64,000 nucleotides of DNA from Vicinamibacterales bacterium (lineage in GTDB: Bacteria; Acidobacteriota; Vicinamibacteria; Vicinamibacterales; UBA8438), in assembly GCA_965200475.1 (NCBI GenBank), contig CBDAUL010000010.1, positions 580,118 through 644,117 on the forward strand, written 5' to 3'. Positions 44,977 through 54,498 of this stretch are shown here, in pieces. The position numbers and the translations under genes were made by a program. Numbering within the stretch: the first letter of the stretch is position 1; every line of letters begins with the position of its first letter. The notes under the pieces are model-generated. The model searched no databases, had not been told where the DNA came from, and saw only the letters and a program-made list of their open reading frames with translations.

Positions 44977-45005
44977 TCCTGCAGGGCGCGCCATCTCCCC
45001 TTCCC
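44977..45005. repeat. attR-type direct repeat (displaced copy of the tRNA-Arg 3' end)
   Basis: TCCTGCAGGGCGCGCCAtctccccttccc: 17/17 then 10/12 identical to 14567-14595. Weaker identity extends about 8 nt upstream into the T-loop. Confidence 0.8.
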
Positions 45006-45031
45006 TTCCACGCTACGATGGGGGCACCGTC

Positions 45032-45599
45032 ATGAGAGCCACAGTGTCCGACGTCGCCTTCCGCCGCTACCGCCTGAGCCGGGTCGAGTACGACCGCGCT
45101 GTAGAAGCCGGCGCGTTCGAGCCGGACGCTAGGCTGGAGCTCATCGAGGGAAGCCTGAGCGCCATGACACCGGAGGGGTCAGCCACGCGATCGGCATTGA
45201 CCTCATGGCCGAGTGCCTGCGGCGGGTGTTCGGCCGCGGGTTCTACATACGGATACAGCACCCGCTGGCGGCCGACGACTACTCGGAGCCCGAGCCGGAC
45301 GTGGCGGTCGTGAGGGGCGCAATCCGCGACTACGACAAGGGCCATCCAACGTCGGCGGTGCTGGTCGTCGAGGTCTCGAACGAATCACCGGGGTACGATC
45401 GGACGGTCAAGCAGCGCCTGTACGCTCGGTGCGGAATTCCCGAGTACTGGATCCTCGCCCTCCCCGAGGCCCGTCTCGATGTCTGCCGAGACCGGCTGGA
45501 GACGGCTACCAGCGCGTCACCCGCCATGCAGCCGGGGACAGGGTCGCGCCGCTGGCTCGCCCCGATGCACGGATCGTCGTCGACGATCTGCTTCCCTGA
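45032..45599 (+). pseudogene. Uma2-family (DUF820) endonuclease with two apparent frameshifts
   Basis: Three frames carry MRATVSDVAFRRYRLSRVEYDRAVEAGAFEPDARLELIEGSLSAMTPEGS | HAIGIDLMAECLRRVFG..SEPEPDVAVV..LVVEVSNES..DRTVKQRLYARCGIPEYWIL | ..GDGYQRVTRHAAGDRVAPLARPDARIVVDDLLP. Confidence 0.6.
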
Positions 45600-45621
45600 C
45601 GCCGAGAGGCAGCGCTGAACT

Positions 45622-46878
45622 TCAGGGGATCAGCGCGTCGTACACCGCCTCTGTGAAGTTCTCCCGGAACCCGTTTCCGTGGGCCGGCGACGCGGCGCCC
45701 ATGATGACGGTCACCATGTCCTCCACCGGGTCGATGAAGAACCGCGTGCCGGAGGAGCCGTCCCACCAGAAGGTGCCCTCGCGGACCGGGTGCGCGGACG
45801 CGTCGGCGTCCATCACGACGCAGAACCCGAGGGTCCATCCGCGGCCCGGTTGCGGGGCGCCGAAGCCGAGCGGCAGGAGGGCGTCGGGGACACGGTTGAC
45901 GGTCATCAGGGCGACCGTAGCGGGCTGCAGGACGCGCACGCCGTCGAGCTCGCCGCCGTTGAGGAACATCTGGGCGAAGCGGAGGTAGTCGCGGACGGTG
46001 GAGACCAGGCCGACGCCGCCCTCGATCAGGGCCGGCCGCTCGGTGAAGGGCACCACCTCTATGGCGTGCGGCCGCAGCTCGCCGTCGGGTCCGGGACGGT
46101 AGGCCGGGCCGAAGCGGTCGGCTCGCGAGGCATCGACCCGAAACACGGTATCGGTCATCCCGAGGGGCTCGAAGACCCGCTCCCGGAGGAATTGGTCGAA
46201 CGGCATGCCGGACCAGATCTCGACGAGCCGGCCGAGAATGGTGGTGGAGATGCCGTAGCGCCAGCGCGTCCCCGGGTCCTCGAAGAGCGGCACGCGGGCG
46301 GCGTTGCTCACCATCTCGGACAGCGTGATGGAGCGCAGTCGGACCTGCCCGGCGCGGTAGACGGGCGAGTTGCGGCTGCCCAGTCCGGAGGTGTGCAGCA
46401 GGAGGTGCTCGACGGTCATCTCGGTGCGCCGCGGGCGGGTCGCCGCCAGGTCGGGGTTGGACGCATCGACGAAGACGCGCTGGTCCGCGAACTCGGGCAG
46501 ATACAGGGCGACGGGATCGTCGAGCTCGAAGCGGTCCTCCTCCCAGAGGATCATCGCGGCGAGGCTGGTGATAGGGCGCGTCATCGAGTAGAGGCGGAAG
46601 AGCGCGTCGTCGCGCATCGCCAGGCGGCGCTCGCGGTCCAGCTCGCCGAGGGCCTCAAGGTACGCGAGCCGGCCGTGCCGGACGACGGCGGCCACCACGC
46701 CGGCGATGTCTCCGGCGTCCACGTAAGACTGCAGCCGGCGCGTGGCTTCGCCCAGCCGTTCCGACGAGAGCCCGACCGCTTCCGGCGTTGCCGTCGGGAG
46801 GTCCTGCGCCCGTGCGCGAGCGCCGCCCGCGGCGAGGCCGCCAACAGCAAACAGAACGACGATGAGCCTGCAAGTCAT
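45622..46878 (-). CDS. Beta-lactamase-fold serine hydrolase family protein (secreted)
   Basis: 418 aa with a signal peptide. The nucleophile motif reads YSMTRPITS (S-x-x-R instead of S-x-x-K). Confidence 0.7.
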   Translation of the reverse strand: MTCRLIVVLFAVGGLAAGGARARAQDLPTATPEAVGLSSERLGEATRRLQSYVDAGDIAGVVAAVVRHGRLAYLEALGELDRERRLAMRDDALFRLYSMTRPITSLAAMILWEEDRFELDDPVALYLPEFADQRVFVDASNPDLAATRPRRTEMTVEHLLLHTSGLGSRNSPVYRAGQVRLRSITLSEMVSNAARVPLFEDPGTRWRYGISTTILGRLVEIWSGMPFDQFLRERVFEPLGMTDTVFRVDASRADRFGPAYRPGPDGELRPHAIEVVPFTERPALIEGGVGLVSTVRDYLRFAQMFLNGGELDGVRVLQPATVALMTVNRVPDALLPLGFGAPQPGRGWTLGFCVVMDADASAHPVREGTFWWDGSSGTRFFIDPVEDMVTVIMGAASPAHGNGFRENFTEAVYDALIP

Positions 46879-46959
46879 GGAGACGCTCCCTTGGGCAGCC
46901 GGGTGGCCCGCTGCGCGGCTGCCGCGCCGCCGGCCGGCTGCACTCCCGTTGCCCGGGGC

Positions 46960-47889
46960 TCAGCGGCGCGTCCCGGCGATGTCCATGGCGGCGCGGAACA
47001 CGGTGTTGCCCGACGTCACGTACAGGGTCTTCATGTCCGGGCCGCCGAAGGCGAGGTTGGTGATGGTGTCCTGCGGGATCGGAATCCGGTTGACGAGCTC
47101 GCCGGCGGGGGAGAAGACGTAGACGCCGGCCGGGTTGTCCAGCGTCTCGCTCGTGTCCCGCGTCTGGTTCATGCCGGCGGCGACGTACACGTTGCCGTCG
47201 ACGTCGATGCCCATGCCGTCCCCGCCGCGGCCCGGGGCGAAGTCGTGGAACACGCGCGGATTGGACAGCGTGCCCTCGGGGCTGAGGTCGAACTCGCGAA
47301 TCCGCCGGGGCTCGCCCGCGCCGCGGTTGATCTCCACCAGGTACAGCGTGCTGTCGTCGAGCGACAGGATCAGGCCGTTCGAGCCCTGCACCAGCGGGGA
47401 CGCGGCAATCTTCGTCACGGCGCCGTCCGTGTCGAGGCGATAGACCTCGCCCGATCCGCTGAAGTAGATGCGCCCGCGGGCGTCGAAGGTCAGGTCGTTC
47501 GGCACGCCGAAGTCCACCGCGCCGGAGCTGTCCGCGAGCACCTCGATCTCGCCGGTCTCCAGATCGGTCCGCGTGATTCGGCCCGGCGTGCCGCGCTCCG
47601 GGTCGCCCCGTTCGGCGGCGAGCAGCCTGAACTCGGCGTCGAGCCGCAGGCCGTTCGGGCGGTTGGCCGGCTGGCGGTACGTCGTGACCAGCCCGTCCGT
47701 TCCCAGCCTCAGAATGCGGTCGTTGACCAGATCCGTGAAGTAGACCGTCCCGTCCGGATGGGCGACCGGCCCTTCCGTCATCACCACATGGACGTTGGCG
47801 AGATGCTCCGCGGTCTGCGCGGAGCCGAAGCTCGCGAGCAGCAGCAGGCAGGCTGCCGCCGGAATCGCACGGACAGACAGGCTGGTCAT
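46960..47889 (-). CDS. SMP-30/gluconolactonase/LRE-like beta-propeller protein (secreted)
   Basis: Start MTSLSVRAIPAAACLLLLASFGSAQ. EGPVAHPDGTVYFTD, PNGLRLD, PNDLTFD, SNGLILS, GDGMGIDVDGNVYVA, LAFGGPDMKTLYVTS. Confidence 0.75.
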   Translation of the reverse strand: MTSLSVRAIPAAACLLLLASFGSAQTAEHLANVHVVMTEGPVAHPDGTVYFTDLVNDRILRLGTDGLVTTYRQPANRPNGLRLDAEFRLLAAERGDPERGTPGRITRTDLETGEIEVLADSSGAVDFGVPNDLTFDARGRIYFSGSGEVYRLDTDGAVTKIAASPLVQGSNGLILSLDDSTLYLVEINRGAGEPRRIREFDLSPEGTLSNPRVFHDFAPGRGGDGMGIDVDGNVYVAAGMNQTRDTSETLDNPAGVYVFSPAGELVNRIPIPQDTITNLAFGGPDMKTLYVTSGNTVFRAAMDIAGTRR

Positions 47890-48250
47890 CGGCGTCTTCC
47901 TCTCCGGAAACCGGTCTACGGCGCAGACTCCTGACGGGCGGCGTCGCGCGCCGGCGCGCCGCTGAGGGCGGTGACGATGGCGTAGTTCCCCTCGTGGCAC
48001 GCGTACTCCAGTATCCCGTCCCGGCAGCGCGCCGATTGCGGCTCGCGCATCCCAGCCGTAGCTTACCGCGGGGTGCCTGCCTCCGCAATCGGCCCGAATC
48101 CGAAATCAGCGCTAGGGTCCGGCCGCGGTGAGCGGTAAACTGTTTCCCTTGGGCACCGTCTCCCGGGGCGGGTCCCGAAGGCACGCGAAGCGCGTTCTCG
48201 TCCGGCGTCCGATATGCGAGCGGGCTGCTCGCGAGAGAGGAGATTCTCCG

Positions 48251-49705
48251 ATGGCTGTGCATCTGCCCAGGAGACCGGCGTTCGGGCTCGGCGTCGCCGC
48301 CGCGGTGCTGGCGGCGGTGCTCGCCGGCGGACAGGCCGTGTCGGCGCAGGACGCGGCGGCGCCCGACCCGGTGACGTTCAACCGGGACATCGCGCCCATC
48401 CTGCAGCGCGCCTGCCAGGACTGCCACCGGCCGGATTCGATCGCCCCCATGTCGCTGCTCACCTACGAGGAGGTGCGGCCGTGGGCGCGCTCCATCAAGG
48501 CCAAGACCGGCCTGGGGCCGCGGCCCGGCGTGATGCCGCCGTGGTACGTGGACAAGACCATCGGCATTCAGGAGTACAAGAACGACCCGTCGCTCAGCGA
48601 GGCGGAGATCGACCTGATCGCGGCCTGGGTCGATGCCGGCGCGCCGCGCGGCAACCCGGCCGACCTGCCGCCGCCGGTCGAGTTCAACGACGGCTGGACC
48701 ATCGGGACGCCGGACCTGGTGCTGTCGAGCCCGGTGATCGAGATGCCGGCCGCCGGCTCCGACTGGTGGGGCACCGTCCCCGGCGAGGTCCCGACCGGGC
48801 TGACGGAGGACCGCTACGTCTCGGCGATCCAGATGAAGGAGGTCACGCTCTCGATGGAGGGCGACAAGGACCTCACCTCGGTCGGCGGGCGCTTCATCAT
48901 CCACCACCTGAGCTTCTACGCCCTGCCCGAGGGCGTCGACAGCCTGGCGGATCGGCCGGCCGACGCCGTCGGCGAGACGCACGAGGTGGGGCGCAACGAG
49001 GACGTCTTCGACCCCGGCGTGGGCCGGCTGATGAAGGCCAACTCCCGGCTGGTGTTCGGGAGCGCCCACCTGCATCCGAACGGCCGGCATACGCAGGCCC
49101 GCCTGGACATCGGGTTCAAGTTCCATCCGCGGGGCTGGCAGCCGAGCCGCACCATCCGGCAGCGCGGCCTGTTCGGCAACAGCATGAACCTGGACATTCG
49201 TCCGAACGAGGCCGACCAGAAGTTCGAGGCGTTCTCGGTGCTCCCCGAGCACGCGCGCATCGTCTCCTACGAGCCGCACATGCACGCGGCCGGCGTGCGC
49301 ATGTGCCTCGACGCCATCTACGGCACCGGGGTGACGTTCGAGACGCTGAGCTGCGTCGGCTACGACCACAGTTGGGTGCGGGTCTACAACTTCGCCGACC
49401 ACGTCCAGCCGCTGCTGCCCAAGGGCACCATCTTGCGGCTCACGGGGTACTTCGACAACACCTCGGCGAATCCCAACGTCACCGAGCCCCGCAACTGGTC
49501 GGGCATGGGGCATCGGTCGATCGACAACATGATGAACGAGCTCGGCGAGGTCCAGCTCCTCACCGACGAGGAGTTCCAGCAGGAGATGGTGGAGCGCGTG
49601 CGGGAGCTCGGGCTGCAGCCCGGCGAGGCCGTGCTCGGCTGCCCCCTGTGCGGCGTCGTCGCGCTGCGCGAGCGTCAGGCCACGACGACGAACCAGCAGG
49701 AGTAA
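48251..49705 (+). CDS. Secreted cytochrome-c-domain protein fused to a copper type-II monooxygenase-like domain (tentative)
   Basis: Start MAVHLPRRPAF after GAGAGAGGAG. Haem motif CQDCH. His clusters IIHHLSF, HLHPNGRH, YEPHMHAAGVRM resemble CuH/CuM sites. Confidence 0.5.
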   Translation: MAVHLPRRPAFGLGVAAAVLAAVLAGGQAVSAQDAAAPDPVTFNRDIAPILQRACQDCHRPDSIAPMSLLTYEEVRPWARSIKAKTGLGPRPGVMPPWYVDKTIGIQEYKNDPSLSEAEIDLIAAWVDAGAPRGNPADLPPPVEFNDGWTIGTPDLVLSSPVIEMPAAGSDWWGTVPGEVPTGLTEDRYVSAIQMKEVTLSMEGDKDLTSVGGRFIIHHLSFYALPEGVDSLADRPADAVGETHEVGRNEDVFDPGVGRLMKANSRLVFGSAHLHPNGRHTQARLDIGFKFHPRGWQPSRTIRQRGLFGNSMNLDIRPNEADQKFEAFSVLPEHARIVSYEPHMHAAGVRMCLDAIYGTGVTFETLSCVGYDHSWVRVYNFADHVQPLLPKGTILRLTGYFDNTSANPNVTEPRNWSGMGHRSIDNMMNELGEVQLLTDEEFQQEMVERVRELGLQPGEAVLGCPLCGVVALRERQATTTNQQE

Positions 49706-49720
49706 CGGGAGGCCGACAAG

Positions 49721-50668
49721 ATGTACGAAGGAATCTGCTGCGCCGGTTTCCGGACCGCGCTGCGCCGCGCCGCGGTGGCGGCGCTCATCCTGCTGCTGGG
49801 GGCCTGGGCTCTCGGCGCCCAGGGCGTCCCGTATTCCGGCCAGGACATCGCGCCCGTGTACGAGGGGTGGCAGGACAACCCCGACGGGTCGTTCGACATG
49901 CTCTTCGGGTACTTCAACCGCAACCAGGAGCAGGAGCTGGACGTCCCCGTCGGGCCCGACAACCGCATCGAGCCCGGCGGACCCGATCTGGGCCAGCCCA
50001 CCCACTTCTACCCGCAGCGCAACCGCTTCGTCTTCCGCGTGCGGGTTCCCCCGGACTTCGGAAACCGGGAGGTGGTGTGGACGCTCACCAGCAGCGGGCG
50101 GACGAATACCGCGCACGGCATCCTGCACCCCGACTACTACACCGACAACATCGTGATCATGAACAACCAGGGTGCGGGCGGCAGCGGAGGCGGCGCCAAC
50201 TTCATCAACAACAACACGCCGCCGAAGCTGATCGTCGCCGGCGCGCCGGCGCGGAACGCCGCGGCGGGGCAGCCGGTGGCGCTGTCCGCGGTGGCGACCG
50301 ACGACGGCATTCCGGAGCGGCGCGAGGTGCCGCTGCTGCTGCCCTGGGAGGAAGGCGACATCCTCGAGCGCCGGATCGGCTCGCGCTGCTGCCCGAACTC
50401 GGCCAGCGGCCTGCGGCTGTCCTGGTTCGTCTATCGCGGGCCGGCCGAGCACGTGGCGTTCGACCCGCCGCAGTTCGCGCAGTGGGAGGACTACCGGGAC
50501 GCGCGCAACTCGCCATGGTCGGCGGGCTGGGAAGTGCCGCCGATCCCCGCGAACAACCGCTGGACGGCGGAGGTCACCTTTGCCGAGCCGGGGCAGTACG
50601 TGCTCCGCACGCTCGCGCACGACGGGGGCCTGATGGCGTCGCAGGACATCACCTTCACGGTGAGGTAG
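49721..50668 (+). CDS. Hypothetical secreted protein
   Basis: 315 aa with a signal-like N-terminus. No recognised motif. Confidence 0.5.
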   Translation: MYEGICCAGFRTALRRAAVAALILLLGAWALGAQGVPYSGQDIAPVYEGWQDNPDGSFDMLFGYFNRNQEQELDVPVGPDNRIEPGGPDLGQPTHFYPQRNRFVFRVRVPPDFGNREVVWTLTSSGRTNTAHGILHPDYYTDNIVIMNNQGAGGSGGGANFINNNTPPKLIVAGAPARNAAAGQPVALSAVATDDGIPERREVPLLLPWEEGDILERRIGSRCCPNSASGLRLSWFVYRGPAEHVAFDPPQFAQWEDYRDARNSPWSAGWEVPPIPANNRWTAEVTFAEPGQYVLRTLAHDGGLMASQDITFTVR

Positions 50669-50693
50669 GAGAGGAAGACAAGGGAGAAGCGAC

Positions 50694-51140
50694 ATGCAGA
50701 GACAGGCTCGATCCCGTGTGGGCGTGCTGCTCGCCATCGTGGCGGTGGGCGCGTTCACCGCCTTCACGTTCGGCCAGCCGGCGACGACCGCGGCGGTCCA
50801 GAGCAACTTCGTCGGCGGCGAGCCGAGCCGGCCCGACTCGTCCGACATGCGGGCGGTGCGCCTGCGCTTCGAGGCCGGGGTGCGCTCGAACTGGCATGCC
50901 CACGCCGGCTGGCAGATCCTGGCCGCCGAGGAGGGCCGCGGCCGCACGCAGGAGCGCGGCGGCGAGATCATCGAGCTGGTGCCCGGCGGCCGGCCGATCT
51001 TCGCGGCGGCGGGCGTGGAGCACTGGCACGGCGCGTCCCCCGACGAGCACGTCGTGCAGCTCACCGTCCTCGGCGGCGGCGACGGCGGTCCGACCTCCTG
51101 GTTCGGGCCCGTGAGCGAGGAGGACTACCGGGGGCAGTAG
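50694..51140 (+). CDS. Cupin-domain protein (secreted)
   Basis: 148 aa. NWHAHAGWQILAAEEGRG...GVEHWHGA (two-His cupin motifs). Confidence 0.6.
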   Translation: MQRQARSRVGVLLAIVAVGAFTAFTFGQPATTAAVQSNFVGGEPSRPDSSDMRAVRLRFEAGVRSNWHAHAGWQILAAEEGRGRTQERGGEIIELVPGGRPIFAAAGVEHWHGASPDEHVVQLTVLGGGDGGPTSWFGPVSEEDYRGQ

Positions 51141-51357
51141 CCCGCCGGATCGCTATCGATGGCGGCGGCGGTCCGGCTCCGCGGGCCGCGGACCGGGCGC
51201 CGCCGCCGTCGCGTACGCCAACCACCCGGAAGAATCGACCCGCCCGTGCGGCGGAGGCGCACCGACGTGCGCTTCCGGCCGGCCGCGATGCCGGCGTTGA
51301 TCCCCGCCCTGCGCCACTGGTGCCAACCGCCGCTCCCCGAACTGCTGCAAGCGCCCC

Positions 51358-54300
51358 ATGATTGACTGGTTCGCCCGCAACTCCGTTGCCGCCAATCTGC
51401 TGATGGCGTTCATCATCGTCAGCGGGGTGATCGGGCTCCTCAACGTCCGCGGCGAGGAATTTCCGACGGTTGCGCTCGACATGGTGACCATCGAGGTTCC
51501 CTATCTCGGCGCTGCCCCCGAAGAGGTGGAGGAAGGCGTCTGCATCCGGATCGAGGAAGCGATCCAGGGCATCGACGGGATCAAGCGGATCACCTCGACG
51601 GCAGCCGAGGACAGGGGTACGGTCCTGATCGAAATCGAGCTGGGCGCCGACGTGCGAACGGTGCTCGATGACGTGAAGAACCGCGTGGACGCCATCGATA
51701 CGTTTCCGGAGCAGACCGAGACGCCGATCATCAGCGAGCTGCTCCCGCGCACCAAGGTGATCGACCTCGCCGTATCGGGCGCGGTCGACGAGCGCACGCT
51801 CAAGATCGTCGCGGAGAGGATCCGCGACGATCTCGCGGCCATCCCCCAGATCTCGCAGATCGAGCTGGTGAGCGCCCGGCCGTACGAGATCTCCGTCGAG
51901 GTGTCCGAGGCCGCCCTGCGGCGCCACGCGCTGACCTTCGACGACGTGGCCCGGGCGGTCCGGCGTTCCTCGCTCGACCTGCCCGGCGGCGCGGTACGCA
52001 GCGACAGCGGCGAGATCCTGCTCAGAACCGTCGGCCAGGCGTATCGCGGCGCGGAGTACGAGCGCCTCGTCGTCCTTGCCCGCCCCGACGGAACCCGTCT
52101 GCGCCTGGGGGATGTCGCCACGGTCGTCGACGGATTCGCCGAAACGGATCAGTCCGCCAGGTTCGATCTGGAGCCCGCGGTGCTCGTCTCGGTGCTGCGC
52201 AGCGGCGAGCAGAGCGATCTCGAGATCGCCGACCTCGTTCTCGACTACGTGGAGCGCACCGCGCCGACGCTGCCGCCGGGCATCTCGCTCACGGTCTGGC
52301 AGAACACGGCGCGTATCCTGAGCGACCGACTGTGGCTCATGGCGCGCAACGGGGCGACGGGGTTCGTGCTGGTGTTCATCGTCCTGGCGCTGCTGACGGA
52401 GCTGCGGCTCGCGTTCTGGGTGAGCCTGGGGATTCCGATTTCCTTCCTGGGCGCGTTCATGGTGATGCCGGGGCTCGACGTGACGGCGAACTTCGTCTCC
52501 ACGTTCGCGTTCATCCTGGTCCTGGGGATCGTCGTCGACGACGCGATCATCGTCGGCGAGAACATCTTCCGGCATCGAGAGGCCCATGGCGACAAGCTGC
52601 GGAGCGCCATCGAAGGGGCGCGGGAGATCGCGACCCCGGTCGTGTTCGCGGTCCTGACGACGGTCGCCGCGTTCTCGCCGATGTTCTTCGTTCCGGGCGA
52701 GTCGGGCAAGGTCGCGCGCTTCGTCCCGCTCGTCGTGGTGCCGTGCCTGCTGTTCTCGCTCGTCGAGTGCCTCGCCATTCTTCCGGCCCACCTTGCGCAC
52801 ACGGGCACGCCGCGAGAGGGCGCGTGGCGGCGGTTTCAGAAACGCATCGCGGACGGGCTCAACGCACTCGGGCGCAACGTGTATCGCCCGGGCCTGGCGT
52901 TCGCGCTCCGCTGGCGCTATCTGGCGCTGGCCGCCGGCGTCGCAACGCTGGTTGTCACCGTGGGCATCGTGCTGAGCGGCAGGGTCGCGTTCCACTTCTT
53001 TCCCGCACCCGAAGCCGAGCTGATCACGGGTGCGGTCACCTTGCCCGAAGGCACGCCCGTTGCCGCGACGTCGGTCGCGGTGGCGAGGCTCGAGACGGGG
53101 GCGCAACGGCTCCGTCGCGACGTGCTGGAACGGACCGGACAGGACGTCTTCCGCCACGTCTATGCGGCCGTGGGGGACCAGCCGATGGGCGACGAGGGTC
53201 CCGGGACCGCCACCGCCGCGGATACCGCGGCGTCCCACGTCGGGCAGGTGATGGTAGAGCTGGCTCCGGCGGACGAGCGCGTTCTGCGAGCCGAGGAGCT
53301 GGCGAATCGCTGGCGGGAGCTGACCGGGCCAATCCCGGAAGCGACCAGCCTGGTCTTCGGCACGTCCGGGCCGACCGCGGGCAACGACGTCGACGTCATG
53401 CTGGTCGGCCTCAACGTCGAGCAGCTCACCCGGGCGGCGAACGCCGTCAAGGCGCAACTGCGGACGTACGCCGGCGTCTACGACATATCCGACACGTTCC
53501 AGCGGGGGAAGGAGGAGGTCAAGCTCGGCATCACCCCGCACGCCGAGCGGCTCGGCCTGAGCCTCCTCGATCTCGGCCGCCAGGTGCGGCAGGCGTTCTA
53601 CGGGGAAGAGGCCCAGCGGATCCAGCGTGGTCGCGACGACATCCGCGTGATGGTCAGGTATCCCGGCGACCAGCGACGCTCGCTGGGGAGCCTCGAGGAG
53701 ATGAGAATCCGCACGCCCGAGGGCGGGGAGGTGCCGTTCCGCCTCGTGGCGGCGGTCGAGCCCGGCCGCGGCTATGCGTCGATCAAGCGCGTGGACCGAC
53801 AGCGGGCGGTCAACGTGACGGCCGCGATCGACGAGAGCGCGACGACGAGCGCCGTCGTGACCGCGGCGCTGGAAGGCCGCATTCTCCCCGACGTGCTCGC
53901 CGCGCACCCCGGCGTGCGCTACTCGCTCGAAGGCGTCCAGGCGGAGCAGCAGGACTTCCTGGGCGGGATACTCATCGGCTTCACGCTCGCCCTGTTCGGC
54001 ATCTTCACGCTGCTGGCCATTCCGCTCAAGTCGTACGCGCAACCGCTCATCATCATGAGCGCGATCCCGTTCGGTTTCGTGGGGGCGGTGTGGGGACACA
54101 TCATCATGGGAGTCGACGTCTCGATGATGTCGGTGATGGGTCTGGTCGCGCTCGCCGGCGTGGTGGTCAACGACAGCCTGATCATGGTCGACTTCATCAA
54201 CCGCAACCGCAGGGACTCGAGCGTGCTCGCCGCCGTCCAGCAGGCCGGCGCCGAGCGGTTTCGCCCCATCGTCCTCACCTCGCTGACGACCTTCGCGGGA

Positions 54301-54498
54301 CTGGCGCCGATCATGTTCGAGGGCAGTTCCGTGGCGGAGTTCATCCTGCCGCTGGCGGTAGCGCTGGCCTGCGTCGTGTTCGCGACGTTCATCACGCTCA
54401 TTCTGGTACCGACCCTGTACATGGTCATGGAGGATGCGGGATGGCTGCTCAGGAGCGTTTTCCGTCACGTCGGGCGCGGCGCTTCCGCCTGGTCGTGA
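51358..54498 (+). CDS. RND-family efflux transporter (AcrB/CzcA-like)
   Basis: 1046 aa. MIDWFARNSVAANLLMAFIIVSG. Twelve-TM layout with two large loops. No adjacent MFP or OMF gene in the window. Confidence 0.9.
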   Translation: MIDWFARNSVAANLLMAFIIVSGVIGLLNVRGEEFPTVALDMVTIEVPYLGAAPEEVEEGVCIRIEEAIQGIDGIKRITSTAAEDRGTVLIEIELGADVRTVLDDVKNRVDAIDTFPEQTETPIISELLPRTKVIDLAVSGAVDERTLKIVAERIRDDLAAIPQISQIELVSARPYEISVEVSEAALRRHALTFDDVARAVRRSSLDLPGGAVRSDSGEILLRTVGQAYRGAEYERLVVLARPDGTRLRLGDVATVVDGFAETDQSARFDLEPAVLVSVLRSGEQSDLEIADLVLDYVERTAPTLPPGISLTVWQNTARILSDRLWLMARNGATGFVLVFIVLALLTELRLAFWVSLGIPISFLGAFMVMPGLDVTANFVSTFAFILVLGIVVDDAIIVGENIFRHREAHGDKLRSAIEGAREIATPVVFAVLTTVAAFSPMFFVPGESGKVARFVPLVVVPCLLFSLVECLAILPAHLAHTGTPREGAWRRFQKRIADGLNALGRNVYRPGLAFALRWRYLALAAGVATLVVTVGIVLSGRVAFHFFPAPEAELITGAVTLPEGTPVAATSVAVARLETGAQRLRRDVLERTGQDVFRHVYAAVGDQPMGDEGPGTATAADTAASHVGQVMVELAPADERVLRAEELANRWRELTGPIPEATSLVFGTSGPTAGNDVDVMLVGLNVEQLTRAANAVKAQLRTYAGVYDISDTFQRGKEEVKLGITPHAERLGLSLLDLGRQVRQAFYGEEAQRIQRGRDDIRVMVRYPGDQRRSLGSLEEMRIRTPEGGEVPFRLVAAVEPGRGYASIKRVDRQRAVNVTAAIDESATTSAVVTAALEGRILPDVLAAHPGVRYSLEGVQAEQQDFLGGILIGFTLALFGIFTLLAIPLKSYAQPLIIMSAIPFGFVGAVWGHIIMGVDVSMMSVMGLVALAGVVVNDSLIMVDFINRNRRDSSVLAAVQQAGAERFRPIVLTSLTTFAGLAPIMFEGSSVAEFILPLAVALACVVFATFITLILVPTLYMVMEDAGWLLRSVFRHVGRGASAWS

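Noticed and set aside
46655-51064. Very long ORFs on the track: 1469 aa (46655-51064, minus), 1135 aa (51061-54468, minus), 1308 aa (52332-56258, plus), 933 aa (59607-62408, plus), 751 aa (45679-47934, plus), and others.
   Set aside because: Their translations are Arg/Ala/Gly/Pro-rich with no motifs. They lie antisense to, or out of frame with, genes that have clear family signatures. These are typical shadow ORFs of high-GC DNA. Only the 3' part of 52332-56258 (the PQQ enzyme) is real.
51153-51357. Missing membrane-fusion or outer-membrane partner upstream of the RND pump as a sign of something unusual.
   Set aside because: Orphan RND genes are common, and the partners may be encoded elsewhere. 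The upstream 200 bp holds no credible ORF. This is not noteworthy on present evidence.
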